Shown here piece after piece: positions 11,925-26,473 of a stretch of 64,000 nucleotides of DNA. The number at the start of each line of letters is the position of its first letter. Within the stretch, counting starts at the first letter, position 1. The stretch is from Octopus bimaculoides (lineage: Eukaryota). The position numbers and the translations under genes were made by a program. The notes beneath the pieces were generated by a model, which was not told the DNA's origin, did not search any database, and saw only the letters and a list, made by a program, of their open reading frames with translations. Location of the stretch: positions 28,450,446 to 28,514,445 of the forward strand of contig NC_068994.1 in NCBI RefSeq assembly GCF_001194135.2. The letters are read 5' to 3'.

Positions 11925-14900
11925 TTCTTTTCAGGGACATGACGCTGCTGTTCCCCATCCCAGGGTCTTGTGGGCCCACACCCTCAGAGTTGGCACATTG
12001 AAAGGTAGGTCTGGTGCGATTGTTGAGATGCTTGAACAGAGACGTGTAGATTTGTGCTGCGTCCAAGAAGTAAGGTGGAGAGGAAGTTCTGCTAGGTTCC
12101 TCACAGGCAAAGAACATAGGTATAAGATTTTCTGAGCAGGGAACACTGATGGGGTCGAGGGCATGGGTATACTTCTTGCAGAGAAATGGGTTGATGAGGT
12201 AGTCAGAATCTGTGATAGAATACTTAAGATTAGATTTGTGCTGCAACATGGGTTAGCAACCATTATCTTGGCCTATGTCCCTCAGCCAGGACTACCTGAT
12301 GAACAGAAAGACTGATTTTATGACACCCTCTTGCAGACTATCTCATTGACGAATGACGGGGATCTTGTCTTTGTGGCTGGTGACTTCAATGGGCATGTTG
12401 GACAACATGCTTGGGGCTTCCATGGCGTACATGGAGGCTATGGTTTTGGTTCCTAAGGAGGGAACCAAGCTGCTGGAGTTCTGCAATGCAAATGATTTTA
12501 TGGCTTGTAATACTAACTTCAGGAAACCTGCCAGTCACGTATTCACTTATTGATCTGGTGGACACACTAGTCAAATTGATTACCTCGCCAGGAAATGGGA
12601 AAGATGACTAATTATAAATGCCAAAACCTTCCCAGGTGAAGAATGCACCCCACAAAATAGATTAGTAGTTAGCGACTTCAGGATCAGGGCTAAATGGATG
12701 CCCAGAAGATGACCAGCATGGAGGAGAAGGGTCTGGAAGCTTAAAGATCCTGTGAATGGACAGATATTTAGAGACGTATTACTCAAAGTTTTTGACGAAA
12801 TAGAGGGGGATATAGCATTACATGATGTGGAAGACAACTGGAGGTTCCTACAGGACAACCTGTTGAGGGCTACTGACCAGATCTGTGAATGGTGCAAAGT
12901 CCCCTCTCGACCCAAGGTAATATGGTGGTGAAACAATGTAGTTGATAGGGCCATTAGGGAAAAGAAACAGGCATGGAAGGACTGGAAGAACGGTGGTAGC
13001 AGGGAACTGTATCAGATTGCCAGAAGGGAAGCTAGGAGACAAGTTTACTTAGCCAGAAGGGAAGCAGATAAGAAAAATTTGCCAATGTTCTGTGTCGTGA
13101 GGACCAAAAACTTGAAGTGTTTTGTGTTGCAAGACAGTGTGTGAGAGAGAATCGTGATGTCATAGGAAAGAAATGTGTCTGCATGGATGATGGCTCGCTT
13201 ACATTTAATGAGGCTGCAAAAAGAGAGACTTGGAGACACCACTATGAAAGGTTGCTAAATGAAGAGAATGAATGGGAGAAAGAGAGTCTGCCGAATGTCG
13301 ACCCAACAGAGGGTCCAGCTATCCAAATTGACAGTACCTTGGTAGATGAAGCAATTAAGGGTATGAAGACAGGGAAAGCTCCCAGCCCATCAGGAATCTG
13401 CAGAGATGCTTAAAATATCTGGCAGTGTCGGCTATAGTCTAGTCACCCGTATAGTCAATCAGGTGATACATGAAAGAGTAGCAGCACCATAGTCAACTGC
13501 TACAAAAGTAAAGGTGATGCATTAGATACGAATAATAACAGAGGTATTAAGTGTTGGATCAAGTAATGAAAGTCACAGAGAAGGGAGAGAGTCAGTTCAG
13601 ATGAGATACAGTTTGGGTTTGTGCCAGGGAAAAGCACCACTGATGCTATATTTCTGGTAAGACAACTGCAGGAGAAATACTTAGCCAAAGATAAACCTCT
13701 GTACCTGGCCTTCATTGACATGGAGAAAGCCTTTGACAGGGTCCCCTGATCCCTTATCTGGTGGTTAATGCAGAAACTAGGAATAGATGAGTCGTTAGTG
13801 AGAGCTGTATAAGCTATGTTTAGGGATGCTGTCAAATAGGTGGAGTTGTCAACAAGTATAGTGAAGAATTTCGGGTAGGGGTCCACCTAAGGTCAGTCCT
13901 CATCCCCCTCTTATTCATCATAGTCCTTCAGACAATAACAGAGGAATTCAAGACAGGATGCCCCTGGGAGCTCCTCTATGCTGATGACCATGCTCTAATA
14001 GCTAAGTCACTATCAGAACTAGAGGAGAAATTTCAGGTGTGGCAGCAAGGTCTAGAATCAAAGGGCCTTAGAGTTAACCTAGCAAAGACCAAAGTCTTAA
14101 TATGTAGGGAGGCAGATAAATCACAAATCCCTTCAGGTAGATGGCCCTGCTTGATCTGCAGAAAAGGCGTAGGTAGAAAATCCTAAGATGTACCAGGTGT
14201 AAGCTATGGATACATAAGAGGTGCAGCAATATCAAAAGAAGGCTAACTGGGAAGATAGTTTTTGTGTATGGCAAATGCTCAGGGGCAATAAACACTGAAA
14301 ATGTGCAAAAAACAGCTTCCTTCACATGCCAGGGGAAAAAACTAGAAGTAGTTGATAGCTTCCATTACCTAGGTGACCAAGTCAGTAGTCGGGGTGGATG
14401 CCCTGAGAGTGCAGCTACTAGAATAAGAATAGCCTGGGCAAAGTTCAGAGAGCTCCTACCTCTGCTGGTGACAAAGGACCTCTCACTCAGAGTAAAATGT
14501 AGACTGTATGGCGCATGTGTGCAAACAGTCATGCTACATGGCAGTGAAACATGGGCTGTGACTGCTAACGACATGCATAAGCTTGCATGGAATGAAGCTG
14601 GTATGCCTCCACTGGATGTGCAATGCAGTGTGTATACATGACAGAGTGTAAGTGCCCTGAGAGAAAAGTTGGACATAAGAAGCATCAGATGTGGTGTACA
14701 AGAGAGATGACTTACGCTGGTATGGTCATGTGTTGCGTATGGATGGAGACAGCTGTGTGAAAAAGTGTCACACTCTAGCAGTAGAGGGAATCTGTGGAAG
14801 AGGTAGATCCAGGAAGACCTGGAATGAGGTGGGCCTCACAGAGGCGATGACAAGTGACTGGGACCTTTGGAGATGTGCTGTGCTTGAGAAGACCCAGCAA

Positions 14901-15150
14901 GCCAAGTGAGACCATAACCGTGACCTATGCCAGTGCAGCATAACTGGCCCATCTAAGAGTACTCTTCAATCATTGGGCAATAAACTGCGTTTGCGAAGAC
15001 GGATTGGTTGGCGTTAGGAAGGGCATCCAGCTGTAGATACTCTGCCAGATCAGATTGGAGCCTGGTGCAGCCTTCTAGCTTGCCAGCCCTCAGTCAATTC
15101 GTCCAACCCATGCCAGCATGGAAAGCAGATGTTAAACGATGATGATGATG
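11925..15150 (+). mobile_element. RTE-clade LINE, near full length, inactivated
   Basis: APE endonuclease (VDLCCVQEVRWRG, AGDFNGHVG); RT (QFGFVPGKSTTDAIF, FIDMEKAFDRV, LLYADD at about 13972-13988); C-terminal LRWYGHVLRM..GRSRKTW; 3' tail ending (GAT)n; many stops and frameshifts. Confidence 0.93.
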
Positions 15151-16008
15151 AAAGTTCGGGGAGCTCCTACCCCTGCTGGCAACAAAGGGTCTCTCTCTCA
15201 GAGTGAAAGGTAGATTGTTTGATGCCTGTGTGCGAACAGCTATGCTGCATGGCAGTGAAACATGGGCTGTGACAACTGAGGACATGCATAGGCTTGAAAT
15301 AAATGAAGCTAGTATGCTTCGATGGATGTGCAATGTCAGTGTGCATGTTCGACAGAGTGTAAGCATCTTGAGAGAAAAGTTAGGCATAAGAGGCATCAGA
15401 TGTAGTGTGCAAGAGAGATGACTGCATTGGTATGGTCATGTGATACGTGTAGACGAGGACAGCTGTGTAAAGAAGTGTCATTCTCTAATTGTGGAGGGAA
15501 CCTGTGGTGGAGGTAAACCCAGGAAGACAGGGAATGAGGTGGTGAAGCATGATCTTCGAACTTTGAGCCTCACAGAGGCAATGACTAATGACCGAGACCT
15601 TTGGCGATGTTCTATGCTTGAAAGGACCCATCAAGCTAAGTGCACTCATGCTGGTGGTATGTAAAGAACACTTTTCGAGCATTTGGCCTCATGGAGGCAA
15701 TGTGGCTGAGTTCCTTTCAAGTGTTGGGCCTCATTGAGGCAATGACCAAGACCTTTGGCATTACATCATGCTTGAGAAGAAGACCCGTCAAGCCAAGCAA
15801 AATCAGTCGTGGCATGCAAATTGGCATCCATGCTGGTGGCATGTAAAAGCACCCCAGGTGTCACGCAAATGGCACCCATTACACTCTCGGAGTGGTTGGC
15901 ATTAGGAAGCGCATCCAGCCGTACGAAACCATGCCAAATCGGATTGGAATCTGGTGCAGCATGCCAGCCCATGCTAGCATGGACAACAAACGTTAAATGA
16001 TGATGATG
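15151..16008 (+). mobile_element. Second, 5'-truncated RTE 3' end in tandem
   Basis: MLHGSETWAVTTEDMHRL and GGKPRKT fragments plus a 3' UTR and (GAT)n tail homologous to 14450-15150. Confidence 0.88.
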
Positions 16009-16435
16009 AAATATATATATATATATATGATGTGCTTCTTTCAGTTTCTGTCTACCAAATCCACTTACAAGGCTTTGGTTGGCTCAAGATGCTTGCTCAG
16101 GGTGCTACACAGTGGGACTGAACCCAAGATCACATAGTTGAGAAGCAATCTCTCATAGCTATGCATCTGTGTATGAATATATTTCTAGCTCCTTAAATTT
16201 ATTATCTTCTATCTTCAATAACCTCACCGATATCTATACTTTTGTGCTTATTGGTTTCTCACATGATCATAAATTCTTATATTGATTACATTGGTCTGTA
16301 ATATGTGTCTCTCTCTGCTATTTTATTGACTCCCAGGGATGTTGAAGTTTACCTCAAGAGATTTGAACACAATACAGAAAGAAGAAACTAAACACTGTAA
16401 GGCATCTACACCAATTGTTTAATATCATCTTTATA

Positions 16436-17824
16436 TCCGTATATATATATATATATAAGGCAAGATGTGTGTGTGTGTGTGTGTGTACGTAAATGTAGTT
16501 TATGCACGTCCACAAATTAGCACGCATGTCACTCCAATTTTAGGAGGAGATTCGTCATGACCCTATCTGCATTTTCGTCAACTTTTTCTCTCAGAGGCAC
16601 CCGCGTATAGCTGTAAAAATCGATTTTCAGCCATAACTTTTACCAATTTCAAAGTTTGCACCTGAAGGAGAGAGAGAGAAATTGTATGTTTGTGAGAGGG
16701 AGGGTGAAGGAGAGATACATCTTGTTTGCCAGCGTCGAACAAGAAAAAGTAAACAAAAAGTGGGAGAGNNNNNNNNNNNNNNNNNNNNNNNNNNNNNNNN
16801 NNNNNNNNNNNNNNNNNNNNNNNNNNNNNNNNNNNNNNNNNNNNNNNNNNNNNNNNNNNNNNNNNNNNNNNNNNNNNNNNNNNNNNNNNNNNNNNNNNNN
16901 NNNNNNNNNNNNNNNNNNNNNNNNNNNNNNNNNNNNNNNNNNNNNNNNNNNNNNNNNNNNNNNNNNNNNNNNNNNNNNNNNNNNNNNNNNNNNNNNNNNN
17001 NNNNNNNNNNNNNNNNNNNNNNNNNNNNNNNNNNNNNNNNNNNNNNNNNNNNNNNNNNNNNNNNNNNNNNNNNNNNNNNNNNNNNNNNNNNNNNNNNNNN
17101 NNNNNNNNNNNNNNNNNNNNNNNNNNNNNNNNNNNNNNNNNNNNNNNNNNNNNNNNNNNNNNNNNNNNNNNNNNNNNNNNNNNNNNNNNNNNNNNNNNNN
17201 NNNNNNNNNNNNNNNNNNNNNNNNNNNNNNNNNNNNNNNNNNNNNNNNNNNNNNNNNNNNNNNNNNNNNNNNNNNNNNNNNNNNNNNNNNNNNNNNNNNN
17301 NNNNNNNNNNNNNNNNNNNNNNNNNNNNNNNNNNNNNNNNNNNNNNNNNNNNNNNNNNNNNNNNNNNNNNNNNNNNNNNNNNNNNNNNNNNNNNNNNNNN
17401 NNNNNNNNNNNNNNNNNNNNNNNNNNNNNNNNNNNNNNNNNNNNNNNNNNNNNNNNNNNNNNNNNNNNNNNNNNNNNNNNCCGTGTTCTCATATATATAT
17501 ATACTTAAGACTTACTTGTGATCTGAACAAAACCGCTTCTGACACAGAGAATCGGGAGCCCTTTTGGTCATTCTATTTTCCTTGCTGGAAGGGTTCCTAA
17601 CCCATGGGCAAAGAGGGGTTAGATGATGGCGGTGGTATTTTCAAAGGGCTGACATGTGTAACCTGATCACCTTTGCCGATCAAACTCCCAACCCATGTGC
17701 TCCAGTTGCAACACTGATTCTGCCCAAATTTGACGTCATGTTACTTAGTTTGGTTTGAAATAAAGAACTTGATTAGCTTAATAATCCCAACTTAATCCCG
17801 GGCAAAGCTGGGCTATACTGCTAG
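16436..17824 (+). mobile_element. Non-autonomous Helitron-like element (contains a 712-N gap)
   Basis: a|TC start with (TA)n/(TG)n; 3' hairpin cccgggcaaagctggg followed by CTAG|t at 17821-17825, the Helitron A|TC...CTRR|T signature. Confidence 0.62.
16769..17480. other. Assembly gap; other gaps at 2723-2732, 3902-3911, 40642-40777, 52259-52309 and 54993-55437
   Basis: Runs of N. Confidence 1.
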
Positions 17825-19559
17825 TATTTTATATTACAGTTTGTGAGCTGTAGTGAACCAGTCATTCATTCACTGTATTTTTGACAGCAGAGTCTTGTTG
17901 TATGTAATGTATAGAGCAACTCCATTCAGAATTACAAGCCACCAGAATAGACGACAATTTTACAGTACAGTTTGCAAAGGAGACTATTCCATCACTGTAT
18001 GGTTACAACTAAGTTAACTGGACTGTGGAAAGTTTGTTGGCCATAGAAGCAATGCAGTGCTTGTAACACTAATAAAAATTGTCCACCTATTGATTTGACC
18101 TACTGCTCTCCAATATATGAGACATTCTAAACATGAAAAAAATCTTAACACTGCCACCCAACAAAATACAAAAGTTCTTAAAAAGGTAGGCATATAACCA
18201 AATTACTTTTCATAAGGCGGATTTTTTTAAATGATTAAAAGAGAAAAAATAGGATCCATTACCCTCTTTTCAGAGTTGCTATGACTGATGAGAGGAACTT
18301 ATTGTCAATTTTCACCCAAATACTTGCAACAGAATAAACTCTGCAAAAAGCATCCAAGGGTCACATGGTGTTTTGTTTACTTCTTTGTTTCTTTTGACCT
18401 TTGCAAGCCATCAGAGACCAACAATGCCATTAATATTCCATTTAAACTGTTATGAGTCAACAACTGTAGGACCAAAATTCCAGAGTGTCAATGTTCTGGG
18501 AAGAAAAAACAGCGTATAATGGTTAGTGTAGGACCAAAGGGGTTGGAAAGACAAGTGGGAAGAACAGGAACAACTAACTCCCAGGAAAAGATGCCATTAT
18601 GATAGTGATAGAAAAGAGAGTTGAAACAGCACTGGTGTGCGCCAGAGGATGTCCATTAGTGTAACCAAGCTACAGAAATGTATTGCTGATAGAAACACAT
18701 TTGAATTAAATGCCATCTTAGAGATTGATATAGTCTCATTGATGTCTCTAGAAATAAAAATAAAGGACATGAAATTCCTTGTGCTTTGATGATAAATGTG
18801 ATTTATTAATTTATGGAAGTCTAACTGTAGGGAATCAAATACTTGGGTTTAGCTGTTGTATGCACAATGAAACAACAATGGATGATATATGCTGAAGCTG
18901 CAGATGGAAGGTACCCTATGGCAAATAAAGAGTAGAGAGTAATTAGGATTGTTTAATTTTTAGTAAGTCCTGTAGTAAATGATTTCCTTATTGTAAGTTT
19001 ATAAATCAAGTGTTGTAAATGAGTTTCAAAATGAAAAGGCTATATCTCCACTTCTGATATGGTGATTAGCTTTTATAGATCTGATCTTTATGGAAAAACA
19101 TCTTAAGGCTTGTCATTTTCATTGATTTTATTAAAGCTAATGACAAACTATCAACACCCACCATGAGAATGCTAAATCTTACAAATGAAATTTGAATTTC
19201 ATTACTTGAACCTACTCATACCAAATTTATTAAACCCCTATCAATTGGTAACTGAAATATGCTATGCATATGTGGTTTTCAATTCTGTGGTTCAAGCATG
19301 AAGACATGAAACACAAACTAAAGTCTGAGGAAAAAAAAAATCAATACTATCATTATGTCCATTTCTCCATGGTTGCATGGCTTGGACAGAGTCTCCCTAT
19401 CAAAGCATCTTGCCATTTGTTGCAATCTTAATAAAATCAGCAAGTTTGCATAAGTTCATATGTGGAAACATGAGAACTTGTGCAAAGGATTTTTCTGAAG
19501 AGAAAAATTTAACCCTTTAGCATTCATAGTACAGTAATAACAAACTTGTATCATTTATA

Positions 19560-22266
19560 CTAATGCACAGGTACCCAACACTTGAAAGGAACTCAACCAC
19601 TTTGTTTCTGTAAGGCCTGATGCCCAAAAGGAACTTGGCCACTTTGCCTCTATGAGGCCCTCATGAAAGGAACATTGAAAGGAACTCAGGCACTTTGCCT
19701 CCATGAGGCCCTCATGAAAGGAACTTTGCCTCTGTGAGGCCCAATGCTCGAACGGTGCTCTTTACATGCCAGTTATGTGACAACAACATCAGCCATGACT
19801 ATGATTACACTTGGCTTGATGGGACTTCTGAAGCACAGCATATCAACAAAGGTCTCAGTCACTAGACATTGCTTCTGTGAGGTTCAAAGATCATGTTTCA
19901 TCATATGTCTTCCTGGGTTAACCTCTACCACAGATTCCCTCCACAGTTAGAGATCAGCACTTCTTTACACAGCTGTCCTTGTCTATATGCATCACATGAC
20001 CATACCAGCACAGTTGTCTCTTGCACACCACATCTGATGCCTCACTTTTCTCTAAAGATGCTTACATTGTCGAACATGTACGTTGACATTGTACATCCAG
20101 TGAAGCATACTGGCTTAATTTGTTTCAGGCCTACGCATGTCTTCAGCTGTCACAGCCCATGTAGCATCGCTGTTTGCACACAGGCATCATACAATCTGCC
20201 TTTCATTGTGAGATAGAAGCCCTTTGTTGCCAGCAGAGTTAGGAACTCTGGACTTTGCCCAGCCTTATCTTATTCTCAGTTACACTCTTGGAGCATCCCC
20301 TTCCACCACCAACTTGGTTCACCTAGATAATGGAAGCTAACTACTATCTCTAGCTTGCCCCCCCTGGCAGTTGATGGAGTCTATTTTCTGCCCACTTACA
20401 GCATTTTGTGTACCTGTGCATCTTCTGCATACAAAAGCTAGTTTCCCTGTTAACCTTCCTCTGATATTGATGCACCTTTTATGTGTCCAAAGCTTACATT
20501 GAGTGTATTTTATGGAGTTCCTACCGGAAAGGATTTCCGATTTGCCTACCTTCTTACTAAGACTTTGATTTTTGCTAGGTTAACTCTAAGGCCCTTCGAT
20601 TCTAGACCTTGCTTCCTTACCTAGAACAACTTCTCCAGTTCTGGCAGTGACTCAGCTATTAGAGCAAGGTCATCAGCATTGAGGAGCAGCCTGTCTTAAA
20701 ACCTCTGTTATTGTCTGGAGGACTATGATGAACAAGAGGAGGCTGAGAACTGATCCTTGGTGAACTCCTACTTGTACCCTGAATTCTTCGCTGTATTCAT
20801 TGTCAACCTTCACCTTACTGGTAGCATCCCTGTACATAGCTTGTACAGCTCTCACCAACTACTCGTCTATCCTTAGTTTCCGCATTGACCATGAGATAAG
20901 GGCTTTCTCCAAGTCAACAAAGGCCAAGTACAGAAGTTTATCTTTGGCTAAGTATTTCTCCTGCAGCTGTCTTACCAGAAATATAGCATCAGTGGTGCTT
21001 CTCCCTGGCACAACACCAAACTGCATCTCTTCTAGGCTCCCTCCCTAATTAGTTGGGCTAAGGCTCTCTCCGTAATTTTCATTGCCTGATCCAACAATTT
21101 GATACCTCTGTAATTATTTCTAAGACATTACCTTTACCTTTGTAGCAGTTGACCTTGGTGCTGCTACACCAGTCATTTTGTATGACTCCTTTGTGAACCA
21201 CAATACGGGTGACTAGACCATAACCTACACCACCAGATATTTTAAGCATCTCAGCAGTAATTTCTGATGGACTGGGTCCTTTCCCTGTCTTTATACCCTT
21301 AATTGCTTTATCTACCAGGGTGCTGTTGATTCAGGCAGCTGGTCCCTCAATTGGGTCAACATTTGGCAGACTCTTCTCCTTCCATTCATTCTCCACATTC
21401 AGCAGTCTTTCATCATAGCATTTTGAAGCCTCTTTCTTTGCATAATCATTAAATGCAAGTGCACCATCATCCATGCAGACACATTTCACCCTCTCCTATG
21501 ACATCACAATTTTCTCGCACAAACTGTCTGGAAATCTGAAACACTTCGTATTTAAGAGCAACAATGCATCCTGCTACCTGGTGAGAATGTAATCAATCTG
21601 GCTAGTATAGCCACCTGATTGGTAGATTATCAGATGGCTGGTCAACTTCCCGAAGTTGGTGTTGCAGATCAATAGGTTATTTGCATCACAAAACACCAGT
21701 AGCCCTGTTCCCTCCAATTCCATGGCCCCCCCCATGTATACCATGGAAAATACTGGGCTGCCGTCTGATATGCCCATTGAAGTCCCCAGCCACAAAGATG
21801 AGATTCTTATCATTTGTCCTGGAGGTTGCCTGCTGGAGAATATCATAAAAATAGTCCATCTGTTCATTTGGTAGGCTCACTTGTAGGGTATAGGCAGAGA
21901 TAATTGATGCTAAGCTATTCTGTAAGACTAGCCCAAGCTTAAGCACTCTATTGCTCACTCTGACTACTTCTATGACCTTATCCGCCCATTTCTCTGCAAG
22001 AAGTATACCTACCCCATCACTGTTACCTTCCCAGAAGATTTTATACCTATGTGTCTTGCCTGTGAGGAACATGGCTGAAGCTCCTCCCCACCTTACCTCT
22101 TGAATGCAACATACATCAACATGCCTCCATTCAAGCAACTCAACAATCCTGCGAGATCTACTTTTCAATGTGCCTATATTCACAGTGCCAGCTCTGAGAA
22201 CTGGATAAGGGACATGGGAGGTTACATGGGCAGGAGAGATGGTATTGGGCACCTGAAAAGAAGGTT
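19560..22266 (-). mobile_element. RTE-clade LINE, inverted relative to the 11.9-15.2 kb copy, inactivated
   Basis: ORF 21686-22252 encodes the endonuclease (VDVCCIQEVRWGG, VAGDFNGH); RT MVRAVQAMYRDATSKV...VGVHQGS; 3' UTR with about 42-bp tandem units. Confidence 0.92.
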
Positions 22267-24482
22267 TCAGTGATCATTTGGCAACAAACATGTCACATCA
22301 GGTGGTCTTGCTTTAATCTACCATCATTCAAACATATTAAAATTGTTGTCCCTATTAAAGTGAGTAGCGTTGTAAATATAAGCATTACTGCTGCAAATAT
22401 AAATAGGTCAATATATAAATTAATTATATAAATGATCTGCCATGGTTAGTCCATTATATGTAGGGAGAAAGAGGTAGATGGCTTGTTAATTTACTAATAA
22501 TTTCCTAAGTAACATATCACCCTTTGGTACATGCAGTAGTGTAGGCAGTTGTTGGTGACGGGGAAGAAGGGAAGAAGGTATGCAAGTGTTCTGGTTCAGA
22601 AGCGAGGCAGAGCCCTGTAGGGGTTTCCAGTATTGAGAATAAATTTCCAGTATAGGTGGTGGGGGCACTGCAGACAAGCAATGGCCAGTTTACTATTGTT
22701 GAGGAGAGAGACATGACAACATTGGAGAGACATAAGTAAAACAAGAATACATACAAATTTTAGAGAACAATGGCGAAAACATTACAAAACAGTGACACAG
22801 AACTAAGATTTTAGGGAATTACAGTTTGAAGGTTATTTGAAGAATTAAATAGTTACAAGTCATGATAGTACATGTTGGTATAATGGGTTACATGATCGAA
22901 CGAATGAATGAGGCAGTTAAAAAAACAAGAGAAAAATTCTTAGTTATGTATATTGCAAAACAACAGTGAATCAAGTGGTGTGAAAGTCTAAGAAAACATG
23001 TGCTAAAGATCCTTTATAAGAACCACAGCCAGAAGTGGTCAAATAAGGTGGTCAGTTTTATTTAAGGAAATGTTTGGCAACAAAACTATAATCAAAAAGG
23101 AAAATTTTTGTTTTTAGATTAAAACAATAAATCAGATTCATTTCTTTAAAATAATAATTTACATATTTTATTTACAGTTGGTAAAGAAACTGGACAACTT
23201 TGTTTGGACAGTATGAAATCTCTGATTTTGGCTATTCTGGTCAGTATTGTATTGGTCATGTTAGGTGTTTCATTTGATTATATTCTTAGCCAAATATACT
23301 CAGAAACCAAAGGAGTTCCTATCCACAATCTTGGTTATGTTTCTGACTAACATTAATAATATCTATGAGAAAAGCATGTATGTCACATCTCATTCCCTTA
23401 TGAAATTTTTGGGGAGACAAAAACAGTTAAAAGACATTAGTATTTATTTACTTATATGAAGCATTGTAGCTTGATTTTATTTTTACATTGATTGTCTGGA
23501 AACTTTCAGACGACTGATTTTTCCAAACCAAGGGTGGTCACCTCTACATTAAATAAATTAAATTTACTTAATTAAATGAAGTATAGAGCTACCAAGTAAG
23601 CTAGTCTGGCAACTGTGAGAATTTGAAGTTCCTGTTCATAAAGTAGTGTGGATTACAAGAGGTTCTGGACCATCAGAGTCCGGAAAGTCAGTGTTGTACC
23701 TGTATTTATTCAGAACTTTAATATTACAAAAGATAGGGGACGGGAGCAAGTATTTGATATTCTTGTTTGTCACAAGGCTGGACTTCTTTCCAAACTATGT
23801 CAACATAAAAATGTCTTTCAACTAGATGCAGGGCGTTGTGTATGATGGTGTACCAAATTCAGTGTATTACTAGTATGTATTTTGGCACAAAGCCAAGGAA
23901 ATGGGATACAATATATGACCTGGTGACTATTTTTTCAACCTGCAAGGCTGAAAGAGTCTCAGTGAGATTTGAACTCAGAAAATAAATAGATATATCTAAA
24001 TATTGTCAGGTGCTTTATCCATTGTCATCAACCACCTTTATGTGTAATTCGATTTTTAAACAGATACAAGAACACACATTTCTAGGGAGGAGTGTAATTG
24101 ACTCAGTTGATTCCTCCAGTAATTCATTGGTCCCAGAAGGATGAAGGGAAAAATCTGTCTTGGTTGAATTTCAATGAAAAAAGTTAAATGGTTGTAACTA
24201 AATATGATACAACTAATTCTCTCACTCCACGTCCAATTAACAATTGTTCCAAATCAGGAATAAAGCCACCTATTTCTTAAGGAAAGAGAGCTTATACCAT
24301 TGAACCTAATCTCAAACAAATGATAGATAAAGTTGATTATGGTAATTCTACCAAACAACTGCCCCCTGCTACTAGTGGAACCAGCAGGCTTAAATTTGCC
24401 CTCATCTATTGTCTCACATACTGAAACCTATCATCCCTCTATGGGCAAGTAGTCAAGGCAACAACAATACATCAATGAATGT

Positions 24483-24483
24483 T

Positions 24484-24516
<33 letters not shown>

Positions 24517-24540
24517 ATAATAATAATAATAATAATAATG
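24483..24540. repeat. Compound microsatellite (CTA)n(ATA)n; others at 8483-8541 (CA)n(TC)n, 35356-35440 (GAT)n(GAGTGT)n(GT)n and 53767-53850 (CA/CG)n
   Basis: Read directly from the sequence. Confidence 0.95.
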
Positions 24541-25590
24541 AAGAATTTCTAATATCGGCACATGGCTTTCAATTTAGAGGAGGAGTGTGGTTGATTACAG
24601 CAACCCCAGTATTTGATAAGAAATTTATTTTATTAATCCTTGGAAGGACAAAAGGCAAAGTTCATCTTAGAGGGATTTGATTGCAGAACGTTAATCAGCT
24701 TTAACTAAATGCAGCAAAGCATTTTGTCCAACACTAAAGATTCTCCCACCCATCATCCTCTATTAATAATTGCTTCCAATATAGGCACAAGGCCAGAAAT
24801 TTACATTGAGGAAACAGTTAATTATATTGCCTCCATAATACTTACCAAAAACTTTATTTTCCTTAACCGCACCAAAGGATGGAAGGTAAAGTTGACACCA
24901 GGGGGATTTAATCTTAGAATCTAAAAGGTTGTATTGAAACACCACAAGGTATTTTATTTGTCATGAATCCACATCTCTCTAGTATTAAAAGTCAGTCAGA
25001 GTTCATATTTAGAATGGAGGGACAGGAAGTTGTGACATTTAGATATATTAGCAAAGTAGGTTAAGTACTTTCTGCATAAAACTGAAACTAAACTGAAGAC
25101 TAAGGTCAACCATGCACAGCTGGTGATATGTTTATGATGTTTATGCCTTTATTAAATCTTTAGTAGCATAAACAAAATGGCTTCATTCAGAATGTAAAAA
25201 GGTAGTATTCTAAATATCAATATGTGTATAGTGCAATGTTTGATAATATAAATAATAATTGATTTTAATGCTGGTAAGGAGGTCGTTATATTCATGTATC
25301 TCTGAAGAATGTTGGTGTACCATCTTGTTAATAACCTCTACTAAATATGCAAAATAGATTCTGTAATCATTGGTCAGCCTTAACCATACAAAAGTTGTGA
25401 CATTCATGCCTTATCTAAGGACAGGAAAAAGATACAACTGTGAATCAGATGATTTCTGAATTAAGCCAATTGAGATTGGGGAAAGGAAAAAGTAGTTTGT
25501 GCTATCTATTTGGGGTTTTCCTAAGAGCACCAAGTCTGAACTGTTTCTGCAGAGAATTCATTTGCCAAGGAGACAGCTGTACATTATTTG

Positions 25591-25637
25591 TTATGATGAA
25601 TTCAGGTTGTCCATTATGGTATCAACTTGTTTTAGTT
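25591..25637 (-). CDS. COMMD4: COMMD4 terminal exon 9
   Basis: tttccag|aa cta aaa...TAA; ELKQVDTIMDNLNSS*; the nine exons sum to 606 nt (201 aa plus stop); minus-strand AATAAA at 25148-25153. Confidence 0.93.
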
Positions 25638-26473
25638 CTGGAAATATAAAATTTTTAAAAAATTCAATTTAAGAATGGAAAAAAAAATTGAAGAAATCCA
25701 ATCACAGTAATCATAAATCTTGCTTTAAAATTAGTTTTTCCAACTTGGAAATGAGCAAATGTCATCTCATATTTGTGGCATAATATCCAGAGACAAATAT
25801 GCCTCACTTACTCTCACTTTGTCAACACACTTTTCATTCATCTTCTATTATTTACACATCCCTCTCAGTCAGCATAGTTATCTCTCCTTCATATACTGAT
25901 TAATACCTTTAATGCCCTGATACTTTCTCAACTCATTTATACTGTCTCTCATGGAAGACAATATTATACATCCAACTTCTCTCCAGTCTCCATATTCAGT
26001 GTCTATATTGTTGTTGTTATCCCCAAATCACTACATAACTAATGTACCTCCATCTATGACCCCCACCACACTCAATCAGCACGAGTGTATCAAGGACCCT
26101 TGTAGGGATGTGAGGCTTCCTCTAGGCACAAGCAAAGGCACCTACTCAATGTCTTTGAGCATAACAGACCTGGTCCTATAGATTGGTAGATGGACAGAAA
26201 GTTAACAGGGCTGCCAGCTAAAAACATTAGAAAGAAAGCAAAACAAACTCACTTATCTTGAGGAAAGAAAGTTCCCTGCCTCAGAAATTGATGACATCCT
26301 CTGGCTAAAGCTCTTCTGAGGTTAAAGTGCCCTCTGACCTCAGGACAGAAAGATGATATCAATACACAAGTAATAGCACTCAAAACTATCTAACAATGTA
26401 AAATTTTCTTAAGTAACCAACAGGAATAAGAATCATCTCAGCAACAGACAAACAAGATGAAAAGAACTGGGAG

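Noticed and set aside
16578-17600. Long ORFs of 279-314 aa, and the 184-aa ORF at 54920-55474
   Set aside because: They consist almost entirely of translated N gaps
18597-18747. Minus-strand acceptor followed by a 49-codon frame in non-repetitive-looking DNA
   Set aside because: No recognisable protein similarity and no linked upstream exon; not supportable as a gene
22500-22760. Possible second Penelope linker/endonuclease relic
   Set aside because: Only a vague Cys-spaced resemblance across frameshifts; too decayed to call
23637-23700. Minus-strand candidate exon YNTDFPDSDGPEPLVIHTTL*
   Set aside because: Short, has no homology I recognise, and lies downstream of the COMMD4 poly(A) signal
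26277-26345. C/D-box snoRNA-like motif (TGATGA...CTGA with cctcag/ctgagg stem)
   Set aside because: It is on the strand opposite to the host COMMD4 transcript, the C-to-D spacing is too short, and no rRNA guide was recognisable
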